DNA of 53,909 nucleotides, counting the filler, from Catajapyx aquilonaris (taxonomy: Eukaryota), in assembly GCA_000934665.2 (NCBI GenBank). It is 2 parts of 2 records of this genome, joined end to end, with 100 filler letters (N's around TTAATTAATTAA, not from the genome) between each part and the next. Parts side by side here need not be neighbours in the genome. Positions count along the whole stretch, not along the records: positions 1 to 26,941 come from JYFJ02005143.1; 1 more part is not named here. One strand, 5' to 3'. The notes under the pieces are model-generated. The model was not told where the DNA came from, did no database searches, and saw only the letters and a program-made list of their open reading frames with translations. This document shows positions 1 to 11,016 of this stretch, piece after piece. Numbering within the stretch: the stretch's first letter is position 1; every line of letters begins with the position of its first letter. Position numbers and translations under genes: made by a program.

Positions 1-349
1 TGTGGTGAGCAGATTCACTGTCCAGGGTAATAGGTAGCATGCCGCCCACGGAAACCCCCTTCAAAATTGGCGCAAACCCACGACCCGACACCCGTGCCGA
101 CCAAATATGGCGTGGACCAAAGACGGCTGAGATGTCAGGCAATTTCTGCCAGTCCCGGTTGGCGGCGCGCGCGGAGGGAGCGGACTGGGCCGGGCGGGCA
201 GCTCTTTTGCGCCAGATTCGAATTTCCGAACTTTGACGGATCGCCCTGGCCTTACAGTTCGTCTCTCAGGAAAACTGCTTATACCCTTGGAATCAGGATT
301 TTTTGCCCGATTTTTAGAACACAACTTGTATTTTGAGTGGAGTGTCCCT
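1..349. mobile_element. Right end of a TTAA-inserted DNA element (Kolobok-like), truncated by the window edge
   Basis: Ends ...AGTGTCCCT followed by TTAA (350-353). The equivalent position in the mirror arm (3608-3611) is a single TTAA, i.e. an empty site. An AGG terminus with a TTAA target is typical of Kolobok. Confidence 0.45.
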
Positions 350-1023
350 TTAAACCTTTTTCTTCTCTCTTTACAAAGAAGGTATAAAAGTGGTGCCAAG
401 TGCTGCACACAATTACTACTGCGTAGGCAAAGTGAGTTTTAGTAACGTTATACATCAGTCCCTTCGACAAGCCACATATCGCAAACAGTAACTAACACAA
501 GTATGGATTTTTTTTTGTAGAAATGAGATAACCATGTACTTGTTATATTTAAAAAATAAGGAGGGTGTTTTCTGTGGTCATCAAATAAAAAATTAATTTG
601 TTTGTAAAAATTATACTTCAAAATCAACCTTTCCATACCTAAGTTAAAGGTCTCTTTGAACCTGAAATAGCTCACACATTTGTCAGAATAGTTAAAATTG
701 TACCCTCTAATGTTACAATACCATCTGATATATTTGAAACATATTTCACTGTTAACTTATCTTTGCAGTGAAGGGTCACATCCAACTTGTTGCCAATTCC
801 TGCATGTGTTTGTGAACCTTTTCATCTATGACATGTGTACTTCCTGATACAGATGATGATGAAGGAACTGGAACTTCTCAGAGTAAATTGTCGTAGGGTA
901 CCCAACAAGTCATTTTTAGTTGGCCAAAAGTATGTTGCTGAAGGACCCGGCGGATGCATGAACTGAACTTTAGCATCCCTTTCCTCTGCGCAGTTGTCCA
1001 GTATCTTCCCAATCCACCACTTA

Positions 1024-1407
1024 GGCCCCTGCCACACTAGACGGAATTTCCGCGACGGAAATTCCATCGCATTCCACTAAAAAAATCAAACACATGGAAG
1101 TAAACGAGATTAGGTTGGGAGGTGACACACACGACGGATTTTCCATCCTTCCGTCGAGCACCAGCCAAAGACACGAAGGAAAAAATCGGCCGCCGCTTCG
1201 GTCAAGGACAATAATCCCATAGCAATACATTGATTCAGCTGGGGGAATGCCACACTACAACGGAAAAAGCGGCTTTTCTGGCATGGAAACCAGGGGATTG
1301 GTAGCAGAAAGGGCACCAAGGTGGCAGCACAGTCGACGGAAATTCCACGTGAAAAAAAGTTGCAAAATCATTCCGTCACGAAAATTCCGTCTAGTGTGGC
1401 AGGGCCC
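1024..1407. mobile_element. PIF/Harbinger-like MITE
   Basis: TIR GG(C/G)CCCTGCCACACTAGACGGAATTT. TTA TSD at 1021-1023 and 1408-1410. Empty site present in the mirror arm (~2272-2276). Confidence 0.9.
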
Positions 1408-1631
1408 TTACTGTCATAGATAACTGCATAAAACTTTTCTGGAATAATATTGACCAACTCTTTTGTTTCACCACAAACAATAAATAGCCTTGAAAGATTT
1501 GTCAGACTCTGAAATCTGTTTCACCAAAAGGGTTCTTTTGTCCAATGGTTTGAAGAAGTGGTTCTCTCTGGTGCCTAACTACTGATAAGGCTTTATCAAA
1601 CCGTCTCTTCAGGAAGTCTGTGTTTGCATCC

Positions 1632-2465
1632 TACAAGCATGACTGTAAACTAATGTCAAAATCCATATGCTTTATCAGCGACTGCCTTAAACATGACACA
1701 ACAACTTATTTCACATTCCAGAAATCACCTTTACAATACTTGAAACAAGAACATTCACATTTGAAAAGTGTAGTGCTGTGTATTTTAGTGACAGAAGTGC
1801 AGCCCAGTACAAAAACTATAAGAACTTTGTTTAACTTGTGTCACCATGAAGACGACCATGGTATGAAGGCTGAGTGGCATTTCTTTGCCACCAGTCATGG
1901 CAAAAATGCCTGTGATGGATTAGGGGGAACAATTAAGCGCCTTGCTACGAGGGCATGCCTTCAGAGAACCACGGAGGGACAAATTTTGAGTCCCAAAGCT
2001 CTGTTTGAATTTGCCTCTAAAAACATTAAAGGATTCAGGTGTTTTTCACACCAGCAGCGGAAGTGGATGCAAATGAAGACTTCCTGAGGAGACTGTTTGA
2101 TAATGCCTTATCAATAGTAGGCACCAGAGAGAACCACTTCTTCAAACCATTGGACAAAAGAACCCTTTTGGTGAAACGGATTTCAGTTTCCGACAAATCT
2201 TTCAAGTTTGCGGTGAAACAAAAGAGTTGGTCAATATTATTCCAGAAAAGTTTTATGCAGTTATCTATGACAGTAAGTGATGGATTGGGAAGATACTGGA
2301 CAACTGCGCAGAGGAAAGGGATGCTAAAGTTCAGTTCATGCATCCGCTGGGTCCTTCAGCAGCATACTTTTGGCCAACTAAAAATGACTGTTGTTGGGTA
2401 CCCTACGACAATTTACTCAGAGAAGTTCCAGTTCCTTCATCATGATCTGTATCAGGAAGGACATA
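1632..2465 (+). pseudogene. Degenerate DDD-type transposase fragment (Sola2-like)
   Basis: Frameshifted reading YFSDRSAAQYKNYKN...NLCHHEDDHGMKAEWHFFATSHGKNACDGLGGTIKR, then ...WIGKILDNCAEERDAKVQFMHP. The SD..QYKN and W.FF..HGK..CDG.GG motifs are characteristic. Probable element terminus ...TGGAATGACC at ~3874. Confidence 0.7.
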
Positions 2466-3127
2466 CAGTAAAACTTCTATGAGTCGAATCTCCATGGGAC
2501 CGGAAAAAAACTTCTAGTTATAGAAGATTCGAGTTAGAGAAGTTTGGATTTTTTTAAAGCACATGACTCTATAAGGAAGCGTACCTTTATATCCAGCGGC
2601 GAAAGGTGTTCAAAACTCAAAAATAACTGTCACTATCACACTTGCAATGTTCCTCGTTGTTTTGTTGTAAAAAAATCTCAGTTATGGACATTTGACTACA
2701 CTTAGATTCAAGGAATTGATTGTCTCAATCGAGTCAAACACTTCTTTCGGTACGTCAGGTAGACAGAGATCAGGAAATCGAGCCTTTCTGTACATGCGAG
2801 GGTGATAGATCAGAAGGGCTTATGAACCATACGTCTTCCATGGTTCATACGCCCTTCTGATCTATCACCCTCGATGTGGCCTACTCTCGACCCTTCGGCT
2901 GGGAAATGAGAAAATTTTCCGTGCTCGCCACCATGAACTTGGACTTAGGGAGACTGAAAATGCATTGATATCCCATCATAAGGCCCTGCCTGCACTTCGA
3001 GTTATAAAAATTTGAGTGAGGGAAGTTTATTTCCTATTATTTTACATTGTGACCAACCAAGCTCATCATTTTCTTCGACTTACAGAGAACTTCGACTTAG
3101 GAAGTTCGACTTATGGAAGTTTTACTG
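2466..3127. mobile_element. pogo/Tigger-like MITE, copy 1
   Basis: TIR CAGTAAAACTT..AAGTTTTACTG, flanked by TA/CA. Absent from the mirror arm. A second copy lies at 24626-25241. Confidence 0.88.
2797..2873. mobile_element. 77-bp hairpin mini-insertion
   Basis: CGAGGGTGATAGATCAGAAGGGC..GCCCTTCTGATCTATCACCCTCG flanked by a duplicated ATG. The empty site TACATGTGGC is present in the second MITE copy (~24966-24975). Confidence 0.85.
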
Positions 3128-4145
3128 CATGTCATAGATGAAAAGGTTCACCAACACATGCAGGAATTGGCAACAAGTTGGATGTGACCCTTCACTGCAA
3201 AGGTAAGTTAACAGTGAAATATGTTTCAAATATATCAGATGGTATTGTAACATTAGAGGGTACAATTTTAACTATTCTGACAAATGTGTGAGCTATTTCA
3301 GGTTCAAAGAGACCTTTAACTTAGGTATGGAAAGGTTGATTTTGAAGTATAATTTTTACAAACAAATTAATTTTTTATTTGATAACCACAAAAACACCCT
3401 CCTTATTTTTTAAATATAACAAGTACATGGATATCTCATTCTACAAAAAAAAATCCATACTTGTGTTAGTTACTGTTTGCGATATGTGGCTTGTCGAAGC
3501 GACTGATGTATAACGTTACTAAAACTCACTTTGCCTACGCAGTAGTAATTATGTGCAGCACTTGGCACCACTTTCATACCTTATTTGTAAAGAGAGAAGA
3601 AAAAGGTTTAATTTGACCCCAAAATCAGCCCAATCGGTGAAAAAAATAAGTAAATTACGAGGATTTTTCTAAACTGACGCAGAAACTCCGACCACTTGAA
3701 TCACAACAAAATCGACATTTTCAACAATTTCTCCTGAACCCAATTTTGGACCAAAAAAATTTGGAAAAAATAATTTGATGTCACCTCATACGTAGCTGCT
3801 CATGTTAAAATTTCGAAAAAAATCTGAAATGTGAGAGCACGGTCGAAAATCAGGTGATCTGGCGTGGAATGACCAGCAGTCCTTCTCCATCAGGGTTACA
3901 AACCAAACATTACAACATACGGGACGTTCTGTAATAACACCAATACACTTCTAGGGTGAACACGTATGCTGCTGTCCCAAAGAAATAAGCCCAACAAAAC
4001 TGGTAGGAGGAAATTTGCATGCCTTTTTTGGGTGGGGGTTTAAAAATAGCACCCTAGGTGAAAATCATTGGATCTGGCACCATTGGTTTCGCTCTCAATC
4101 CATGCCCAAGATGGAACTGACGCGTCTGAGACCTACAAATCTGAC

Positions 4146-5461
4146 AAGGAACATTTCCTGGACAGGTGATAATGAGTTATGTTGATGAAACTTTACATGC
4201 TAATATAGGACAATATAATGATAACCAAAAATGAAATATTTCGTGCTGAGGCCCATATTTGCAAAAGTTATGACATCTTAAAGTGCCAAAAATAATACAT
4301 TTTCATACACAATGGGATTACATTAGCGACCACATATAATAACATTGAAGTGAGTAATCAGTTTACGGACTTTTTCTCATCAGAAAAAAGTCAAAAAGAA
4401 CTGCTCTGTCCGTCCGTCCGTCCGTCTGTGGACAGGTATCAAGGCCTAAACCGCAAGAGATAACGAGAAACAGTTTTCATATTCGGATTAAGCTGACCAA
4501 AATAGGTTCCATGGTGAACTTCCGGTGACCCGCCACTTCCAGATTTCCGGGTTAACTCTATCCGCACAAGTTTACTGTACGGGCAGGTTATCGTTGGATT
4601 TCGAAATTAGTTTCCGTCGATTCCTGACCGTGTTTTTAGGGGATTTACTCTGGGTTTTACCTGACGCTCTGGCACAGGAACTGCGGAGATCAGTCTTGGT
4701 CATGCGAAACGAAGTTCCGCCATCTTCGTGTCTGGCAAAGGTCCGTGAAGATAGCACCAACACTTTGTGCTCAAAAATCATACATGATAACCGTTTGTCA
4801 TTATCTCTTGCAGTATAGGCCTTGATACCTGTCCACAGATGGACTTTTTTTCAGCTGAGAAAAAAGTATAGAAACTGATTATGCACTCTTTTTTTTTTTT
4901 CTTTTTTTCTGGGAGGANGAGGTTTACCCCATTGGAGGGAACGAAGCCCTTTTAGGGGGGTGGATTACCACCATCTGTGCCAATTTTGAATTTTTTCTTC
5001 AGACTCAGTGCAAGGAGATTAAGGAGTACGGTAATGATGGGGGAGTTGGGAGGGGACACAGGTGCAAGTGCAATGTCTGAAAAGGGTCATGTACAGTCCC
5101 CCAGGAGGCCGGCTGCCAAGACGCTTCCTTAGGCGCGGGCCAGAGACCATACTGACGCAGGCGACTCCCGGGCGGGGATTAGAACCCAGGACCTTTCGCA
5201 CAGCAAGTCGAGACGTTGCCATCTCGGCCACCGCACCTTCCCCCTGATTATGCACTTCAATGTCATTATATGTGGTCGCTAATGTAATACCATTGTGTAT
5301 GAAAATGTGTTTTTTTGGCACTTTAAGACGCCATAACTTCTGCAAATATGGGCCTTCAGCCCAAAATATTTCTTTTTTGGTTATCATACAGTATAATGTC
5401 CTGTATTAGCATGTTAAGTTTCATCAAGATCCGTCATTATCACCCGGGAAATGTCCCTTGT
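4146..5461. repeat. Inverted repeat (arms ~4146-4447 and ~4817-4887 + 5244-5461) that includes the 5' end of a Helentron/DINE-1-like element
   Basis: The arms match as reverse complements. A (GTCC)n microsatellite at ~4407-4425 follows ACTTTTTCTCATC. Segment 4370-4680 is homologous to 7021-7283 plus 9401-9470. Confidence 0.75.
4888..5243 (-). mobile_element. tRNA-derived SINE
   Basis: Minus-strand head with A box TGGCCGAGATGG and B box GGTTCTAATCC, an A-rich tail, and a 13-bp TSD CTGATTATGCACT (4875-4887, 5244-5256). Confidence 0.92.
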
Positions 5462-6097
5462 GAGTTGCACCTGGAGAGCCATATATGCTATGCACGAGAA
5501 GGTGACGTCATCCTATTGCGACATCTACACGGTTTTTAAAAAGGCTGCTTCCACCCCTCGTAACCATCCAAGATAATTCTACATGATTGCCTACTCCCTC
5601 TGATAAACTATAAAAACATTATGTGTCAGTTTCAAGGTCTAGTTTAAACGGAGGTAATGCGAGCCACCAGGCAGTGGCGGAACTAGGGTAGTTTGGCCGA
5701 ACTCGGGTCCCTGAGGTTAGGGGGCCCCTGGGCCCTGAGCAGCATACCCGCATAACTGTCGCTAAAAAAATAAAAAAATACATGTAGTTCAAAATTAGAG
5801 GAAAGAGAGCGCAGGTCGACGCGAATAACGTGTGACAGTTGATTTGCCCGCTTCCCCTGTTTCCTCCCTTGTCCTGTTGGCCCTCTGGAAGTGGGGGCAG
5901 GAGGGGAGTAGGAGGAAGTAGGAGAGGGAGGCCGGGGAGAGCGGGCGGAGAGAGCGGTGGAAATGGATTGAGAGGAGTGGCGCCGAGCCGTCCCCAAGAT
6001 AGTCCTGATATTTTCAGCATTTTGCGGGGGGACCTGTGTCGAGGTAAAAACACACTATTCTGGAGGTAAAAGGAGTTATAAGCTCATTTCCAAAGTA

Positions 6098-6845
6098 CAG
6101 GGTGTTCCAGAGTTAACGACTCACTCTTTGAAACGCAATTACTTTCGAACGGAACAACATATTTATTTAAAGTACGTACCAAAACATCAAGGGAGGTTGC
6201 GAAAATCTTCCATGTAGGTGACAGTACTAAGCAATGCTCAGGTCTTGCAACAAAAATGGCCGAAGCAAGACTGTCATTAGAGAAACGTGTCCAGTGTGTT
6301 CGACTGTATTCAGTGACAAAAAATGTTACAGAAGTGTGCCGTCAAATGGCAAACCTTTTCGGTGGACTGGCTCCTACCCGAAAAACTGTTGCGAGGATAA
6401 ACCAACGGTTCGATGAAACTGGAAGTGTCTTGGATCAAAAGAAACCCGGCAAAGGGAGAACAGTTGTGAATGCAGAAAACAAACAGCGCATCCGAGATGC
6501 ACTGGAAAGTTCTCCAGCAAAAGCAAAATCAGTCCGACGCCTGTGGGGTTATCTGAAGGAAAAGGTTTACCACCATCGAATGGGCTCCCTGGAGCATCTG
6601 CGTGACATAATCACACAGGAATTCAACGCGATCCCTGTTGACTTCTGTCGGAAGGTCTGCGACAACGTCGCCTTGCGATTGCAGGCCTGCATCGACGTGG
6701 AAGGGGGGTTGACCATACCATGGACCATACCAGGTCTTAAGTTAGTATTTCCTTGATGTTTTGGTACGTACATTAAATAAATATGTTATTCCGTTCGAAA
6801 GTAATTGCGTTTCAAAGAGTGAGTCGTCAACTCTGGAACACCCTG
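6098..6845 (+). mobile_element. Internally deleted Tc1/mariner-superfamily element (DUF4817/rosa-maT type)
   Basis: ~95-bp TIRs CAGGGTGTTCCAGAGTT.., TA TSD at both ends, internal transposase-derived ORF. Confidence 0.92.
6256..6756 (+). CDS. Truncated transposase ORF: N-terminal HTH fused in frame to the C-terminus, catalytic core deleted
   Basis: 166-aa ORF. N-terminus ...PTRKTVARINQRFDETGSVLD..PGKGRTV; C-terminus LWGYLKEKVY...LRLQACIDVEGG. No DDD core between them. Confidence 0.7.
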   Translation: MAEARLSLEKRVQCVRLYSVTKNVTEVCRQMANLFGGLAPTRKTVARINQRFDETGSVLDQKKPGKGRTVVNAENKQRIRDALESSPAKAKSVRRLWGYLKEKVYHHRMGSLEHLRDIITQEFNAIPVDFCRKVCDNVALRLQACIDVEGGLTIPWTIPGLKLVFP

Positions 6846-7283
6846 TACAACTGCAATGTTGGCATATGAACAGCACTGACTAATCTAATGAGAAACGTTG
6901 TTGTTCAACATTACTGGAAATTGAATAAAGATTATCAGGAAAGTAAAATCTACAATAATACAGTGTTAGCTAACACAAATATGTGGATGGTGACACTTCG
7001 GCATGATGAGTTTTTTAGGCGTTTTCTCATCATCGAAAAAAAAGTATTATAGAACTGCTGTCTCTCCGCCCATCTGTCTGGGGACAGATATCAGGGCCTC
7101 AAATGCATAAGACAGCTGCAAACGGTTTTCATATTTGGATTAAGCGTGAACTAAATAGGTGTCATGGTCAACTTCTGGTGATCCGCCACTTCCGGTTTTC
7201 CGGGTTCACTCTATCCTCACAAGTCTACTTTATGGGCGGGTTAATGTTGCATTTCAAAATTAGTTTCCCTACATTCCTGACCA

Positions 7284-9400
7284 GGCTGAAGTAAAGTATA
7301 CAGCCCATTCGCATAGTCACTTAGAAAACAGTACCTGCTGCTTGCTGACCCTTTACACCGTTGTTTTGTGTGGGTTTAAAGTGGGGGAAGTGGCCACCCT
7401 TACCAAAATTTGACATTGCCACGAGCTCGCAGTGAGGTCGTGTGGACCTTGCAACCTCGTATGGAGCTCGCAATCACATCGTGCTACCTCGCAGACCGGA
7501 TTACTGAACAAATGTTCAACACTTTCACCTCCAGCTCGTGGAAAGTGACCTCGCCGCGAGCTCGCATTTCACGACGTGTACCTTGCGACCTCGCCCGATG
7601 GTCGCAAAACACGACGTCTCCGCGAGCTCGTGGAAAGTGACCTCGCCGCGAGCTCGCGTTTTACGACCTCGCCCGTAGGTCGCAAAATGCGCGAACTTAT
7701 TGGCTCCTGGCAACTTCCCGCGTCAAGATGGCGCTGCTGATCGGATTCTCGTTACAAGTCTGCTCCGATTTATCCCACAACAATGCGAATTAATTTTGGC
7801 CATTACATGTACGCAAAGGTGGCAGGAGACTCCATTGCATGCGGCTCATTTGCCCCCGACTTACTTCATTGTGACATAAATTTGCTAGAGGCGGTCGATG
7901 GCAATGCTTATGGTGCGAGCGGGACAATCCGGGGCATGGAAAGGCGGCTTTTTCTGCGAAGGCTCAACATGAAGAACCACACAATATGAGCACTTCCGGA
8001 CTTCCTTGTAAACCAACCAAGCAACGGCCGCTCAGACTGCAACGAGGTGGCAGCTATAATAAATAATAAGTCACTCCCCGTGATGACCATCTTATGAGTG
8101 CCTTGCAACCCACCTCGCAGGGACATCGTGGTTAATGAAAAACCACTGCGAACTCGGATTTGGCAATTAAAAACGTAGCCACTAGTGTTGTATATTGCTA
8201 GGTCTTATTCCATGAGCTAACTATCAATTCGTAGGTTACTAACTTGCCGCGACCTTGCAAACCACGCGGTCGTGGCGACCTTGCAAACCACGACGTCGTG
8301 GCGACCTGACTAGCCCACCTCGCAGAGACATCGTTTTTGAAACAAATGAGAGCTCGCTGCGAGCTCACATTTTGCGATGTACAACCTAGCTGCCAGGTCG
8401 CAATTTGCGAGGTCCTGCGACCTCGCCACGAGGTCGCGAGAATTTTGGTAAGGGGCAGCGACCCCGGAATTAATTCCTCAAGCTGGACAAGGATCCATAC
8501 AGGATCATTGTTATCAGTCATGACAAGGCGTAAGTTGCCTTGGTTACGAATAACCTGTTTACTCGAAGCTGTGTTCTGTTCGTTACATGGAAATGTGCTT
8601 TATTATTCTTTTCGGGTCTTCGGGGATCCTATTCAGGACAGATTTTGAGGTGATTATAGGATGGAATAGCCCTCGTCTTGGTGATGCTGTATGGCTTTTT
8701 GTTACCGCAAGAGTACTGTCCATTGCTGGGGGCTTGCCAGGCATGGTACGTCGCCCTTGCGTGATATTTTTAGTTTTTGCAGAGCGAAAGCGGAGCTGGG
8801 TGCTTATTTTAGGTTTGTATACACCTACAATGCGGTCCTCATTGTGCGCCGCAGGCCAACGAACGGTTATTGTGGCTTTGCCAAGCGCGACATTTACCTT
8901 CACAGTCCGTTAAACAATGAAAGACATGTCACAATCCGCCCTCTTCCACCCGGCTGTCCCCTCCAATCACGTCCATGACTCACTCTGCAGACATACTACT
9001 GCACATGCTCAGTAAACACAGCTGGTGTGACATCATGTCGTTCTTAGGGTTAACGAACTGCAGCAACCATCATAGCGTTTAAATTTGCCACCTCCTTCTA
9101 AGCACTCCCAACCCACCGCGTCGCTAGATGCGAACAAACGATAGATTTTCCTGATATTCATTGTTGCCTATTGCGTTCTTGAGATGGAGTGATTGTTTAT
9201 AACCTAGCAACATACGACTCGGCCTGAAGGATAACAATGATCCTGTCTGCATTCTGCTGCAGCTTAAGGAATTAATTCTGGGGTCCCTAGTCACCTCCCC
9301 CACTTCAAACCCACACAAAACCACGATGCAAATGGTCAGCAACCCGCAGGTACCGCTTCCTAATTGATTCGATGAATAGGCCATATACTTGACATAAGCC
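7284..9400. mobile_element. Long-TIR non-autonomous DNA transposon with 8-bp TSD (Mutator/Merlin-like)
   Basis: Termini GGCTGAAGTAAAGTATA and TATACTTGACATAAGCC, ~200-bp diverged TIRs, TSD CCTGACCA at 7276-7283 and 9401-9408. Confidence 0.8.
7397..8454. mobile_element. CACTA/EnSpm-like non-autonomous element
   Basis: TIR CCCTTACCAAAATT and many short sub-terminal GCGAGCTCGC/GCGACCTCGC repeats at both ends. Interrupts the left TIR of the 7284-9400 element, with a 2-3 bp TSD (CA). Confidence 0.75.
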
Positions 9401-10014
9401 CCTGACCATGTGTGTCGCAGAATTTGCCAGGGTTTTACCTGGCACTCTGGCACAGAGGCTGTGCAATTACTTCCTGACGTTGGACATGTTTGCAATGACC
9501 GTCCTCGGCCTCCATGAGAAAAAGTCTACTATAATCGTGCTCATGTGATTTGCCAATCTTGTCATTTTCACCAACATTTTGGAACCTCAATCCCTCATTT
9601 AAGGTGCAAAATTACAAGCTAATATATTTAATTTTAACTTACCAAATTGTTCAGTAGCTTCGGCAACATTTGGTTTCCTGAGAAACCGCCTGAAAAAGCA
9701 AGTAGTGAATGAAAACCCAGTTCATTTTAATGTAGTGGTGAAGAGGAGGAGGCTTATTCAGTCTCAGTAACACTGTCTAAGTGAGAAAGGAAAAAAAACA
9801 ATAGAAAAATGTTGGTGTATGCTGAGCCTCTCTAGAAATTGCATATGAAAGCTCAATAATAATGGCTCAGGAATCAAGAATTGTCAGTAAATGAAGCAAC
9901 TCAACAGTTTCAGGTATAACTAAAATGTTCCAAAAATGATTAGCAAATACTGTATGACGCTAAAATGTATATGAAAACCCATAAAACAGGGAAATAGAAA
10001 GAGCTCTGGCTAGA

Positions 10015-10087
10015 AGGTACCACCGAGAGTTGAACTCGGACTGCTGAACTCCATGAGTCCAGAGTGCTACCATTACACCATGGATCC
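10015..10087 (-). pseudogene. tRNA-Gln-derived pseudogene
   Basis: Minus strand GGATCCATGGTGTAATGGTAGCACTCTGGACTCATGGAGTTCAGCAGTCCGAGTTCAACTCTCGGTGGTACCT closely follows metazoan tRNA-Gln. It has two acceptor-stem mismatches and a 9-nt anticodon loop. Confidence 0.85.
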
Positions 10088-10835
10088 TTTTCAGTAGCTC
10101 TTCTTTCCCTTTGTTAGTATGCTAAGAAAAGCCACAAGGACTTAAATATATTACTAACAAAATATAAGCTCGTAATTTAACTGCTGAAGGGATTCAGTTC
10201 AAGTATTCTTATCAGCAATCCATGGAGATAATAGACTGACTTGCCAATTAACTACATTCAAACACAAGAAATAATTAGAAAAAGCACTTCTAATAAGTCA
10301 CCAAAACTGAAATTAATTTAATAATTGGGAAAATTACTACCGAAAACCATAACAACAGAACACTAAATGTCAGTCCACAAAGTGCCTATTAAATATTCAA
10401 TTTCATGGCGACCATTCTGGTGGGCAATTACTGACAACTGTATGCCATCCAGTCAAAATGTGTGAGGTCATGACCGAGTGTGCTTTCTGCCCGTTTCTGC
10501 CATAGGTTCCTTGAATAGCCTTCATCATTTTTCCACTACCTGAGTTACCGACTTTAAGGAATCATCTGATCTGACCTAGTGGTCAGTTTACAGTATGAAA
10601 AAGGTAAATATGCGCTGAATAATTTTTCATAATGCTAATTGCTAGGCTTCATAATTAAACTGGTGGCGTTTTTTACAAGACCGTTTGACAGAGGTATAAT
10701 AAAGTACTGTAATATGAAATCCTTGAGCTGCGTTACATGGGCCGTAGCGTCGCCTCTATTTCAATACGAATCGGAAAGGTGCTCCTTCGGCAACATGTTA
10801 CATGTCTGACCTCTGAAAGCAGTCTGTCCCCCTCA

Positions 10836-11016
10836 AGGCCGGTATCCACGCACGAGATTCTCGCATACGCGGAGCCAACTGCACAGGCCCGGATACGAGG
10901 AAAGGGGATTAAAGTTGAAAATTTTCAACTTTTTCCTCTTTCCTCGTATCCGGGCATGCGCAGTTGGCTCCTCGCAGCTCCTCGTATGCGAGAATCTTGT
11001 ACGTGGATACCGGCCT
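10836..11016. mobile_element. Harbinger-like hairpin MITE
   Basis: TIR AGGCCGGTATCCACG, almost fully palindromic, TCA TSD. Related copy at 35504-35716. Confidence 0.88.

Larger units (their letters stand above)
350..3611. repeat. Large inverted repeat (arms 350-1631 and 2065-3611) built from the 3' part of a DNA transposon
   Basis: The arms are near-identical reverse complements once the insertions at 1024-1407 and 2466-3127 are removed (e.g. 351 TAAACCTTTTTCTTCTCTCTTTACAAA vs ~3584-3610). Confidence 0.93.
7015..9550 (+). mobile_element. Helentron/DINE-1-like non-autonomous element, split by a nested insertion
   Basis: 5' TTTTCTCATC and 3' ATGAGAAAAAGT (~9514-9525) sub-terminal inverted repeats. 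The two halves are collinear with the copy at 4370-4680. Confidence 0.55.

Noticed and set aside
5672..6070. CAGTGGCGGA start resembling the hAT MITE TIR, followed by GC/purine-rich ORFs
   Set aside because: No matching right TIR or TSD found. Likely a truncated MITE, and the ORFs reflect low complexity.
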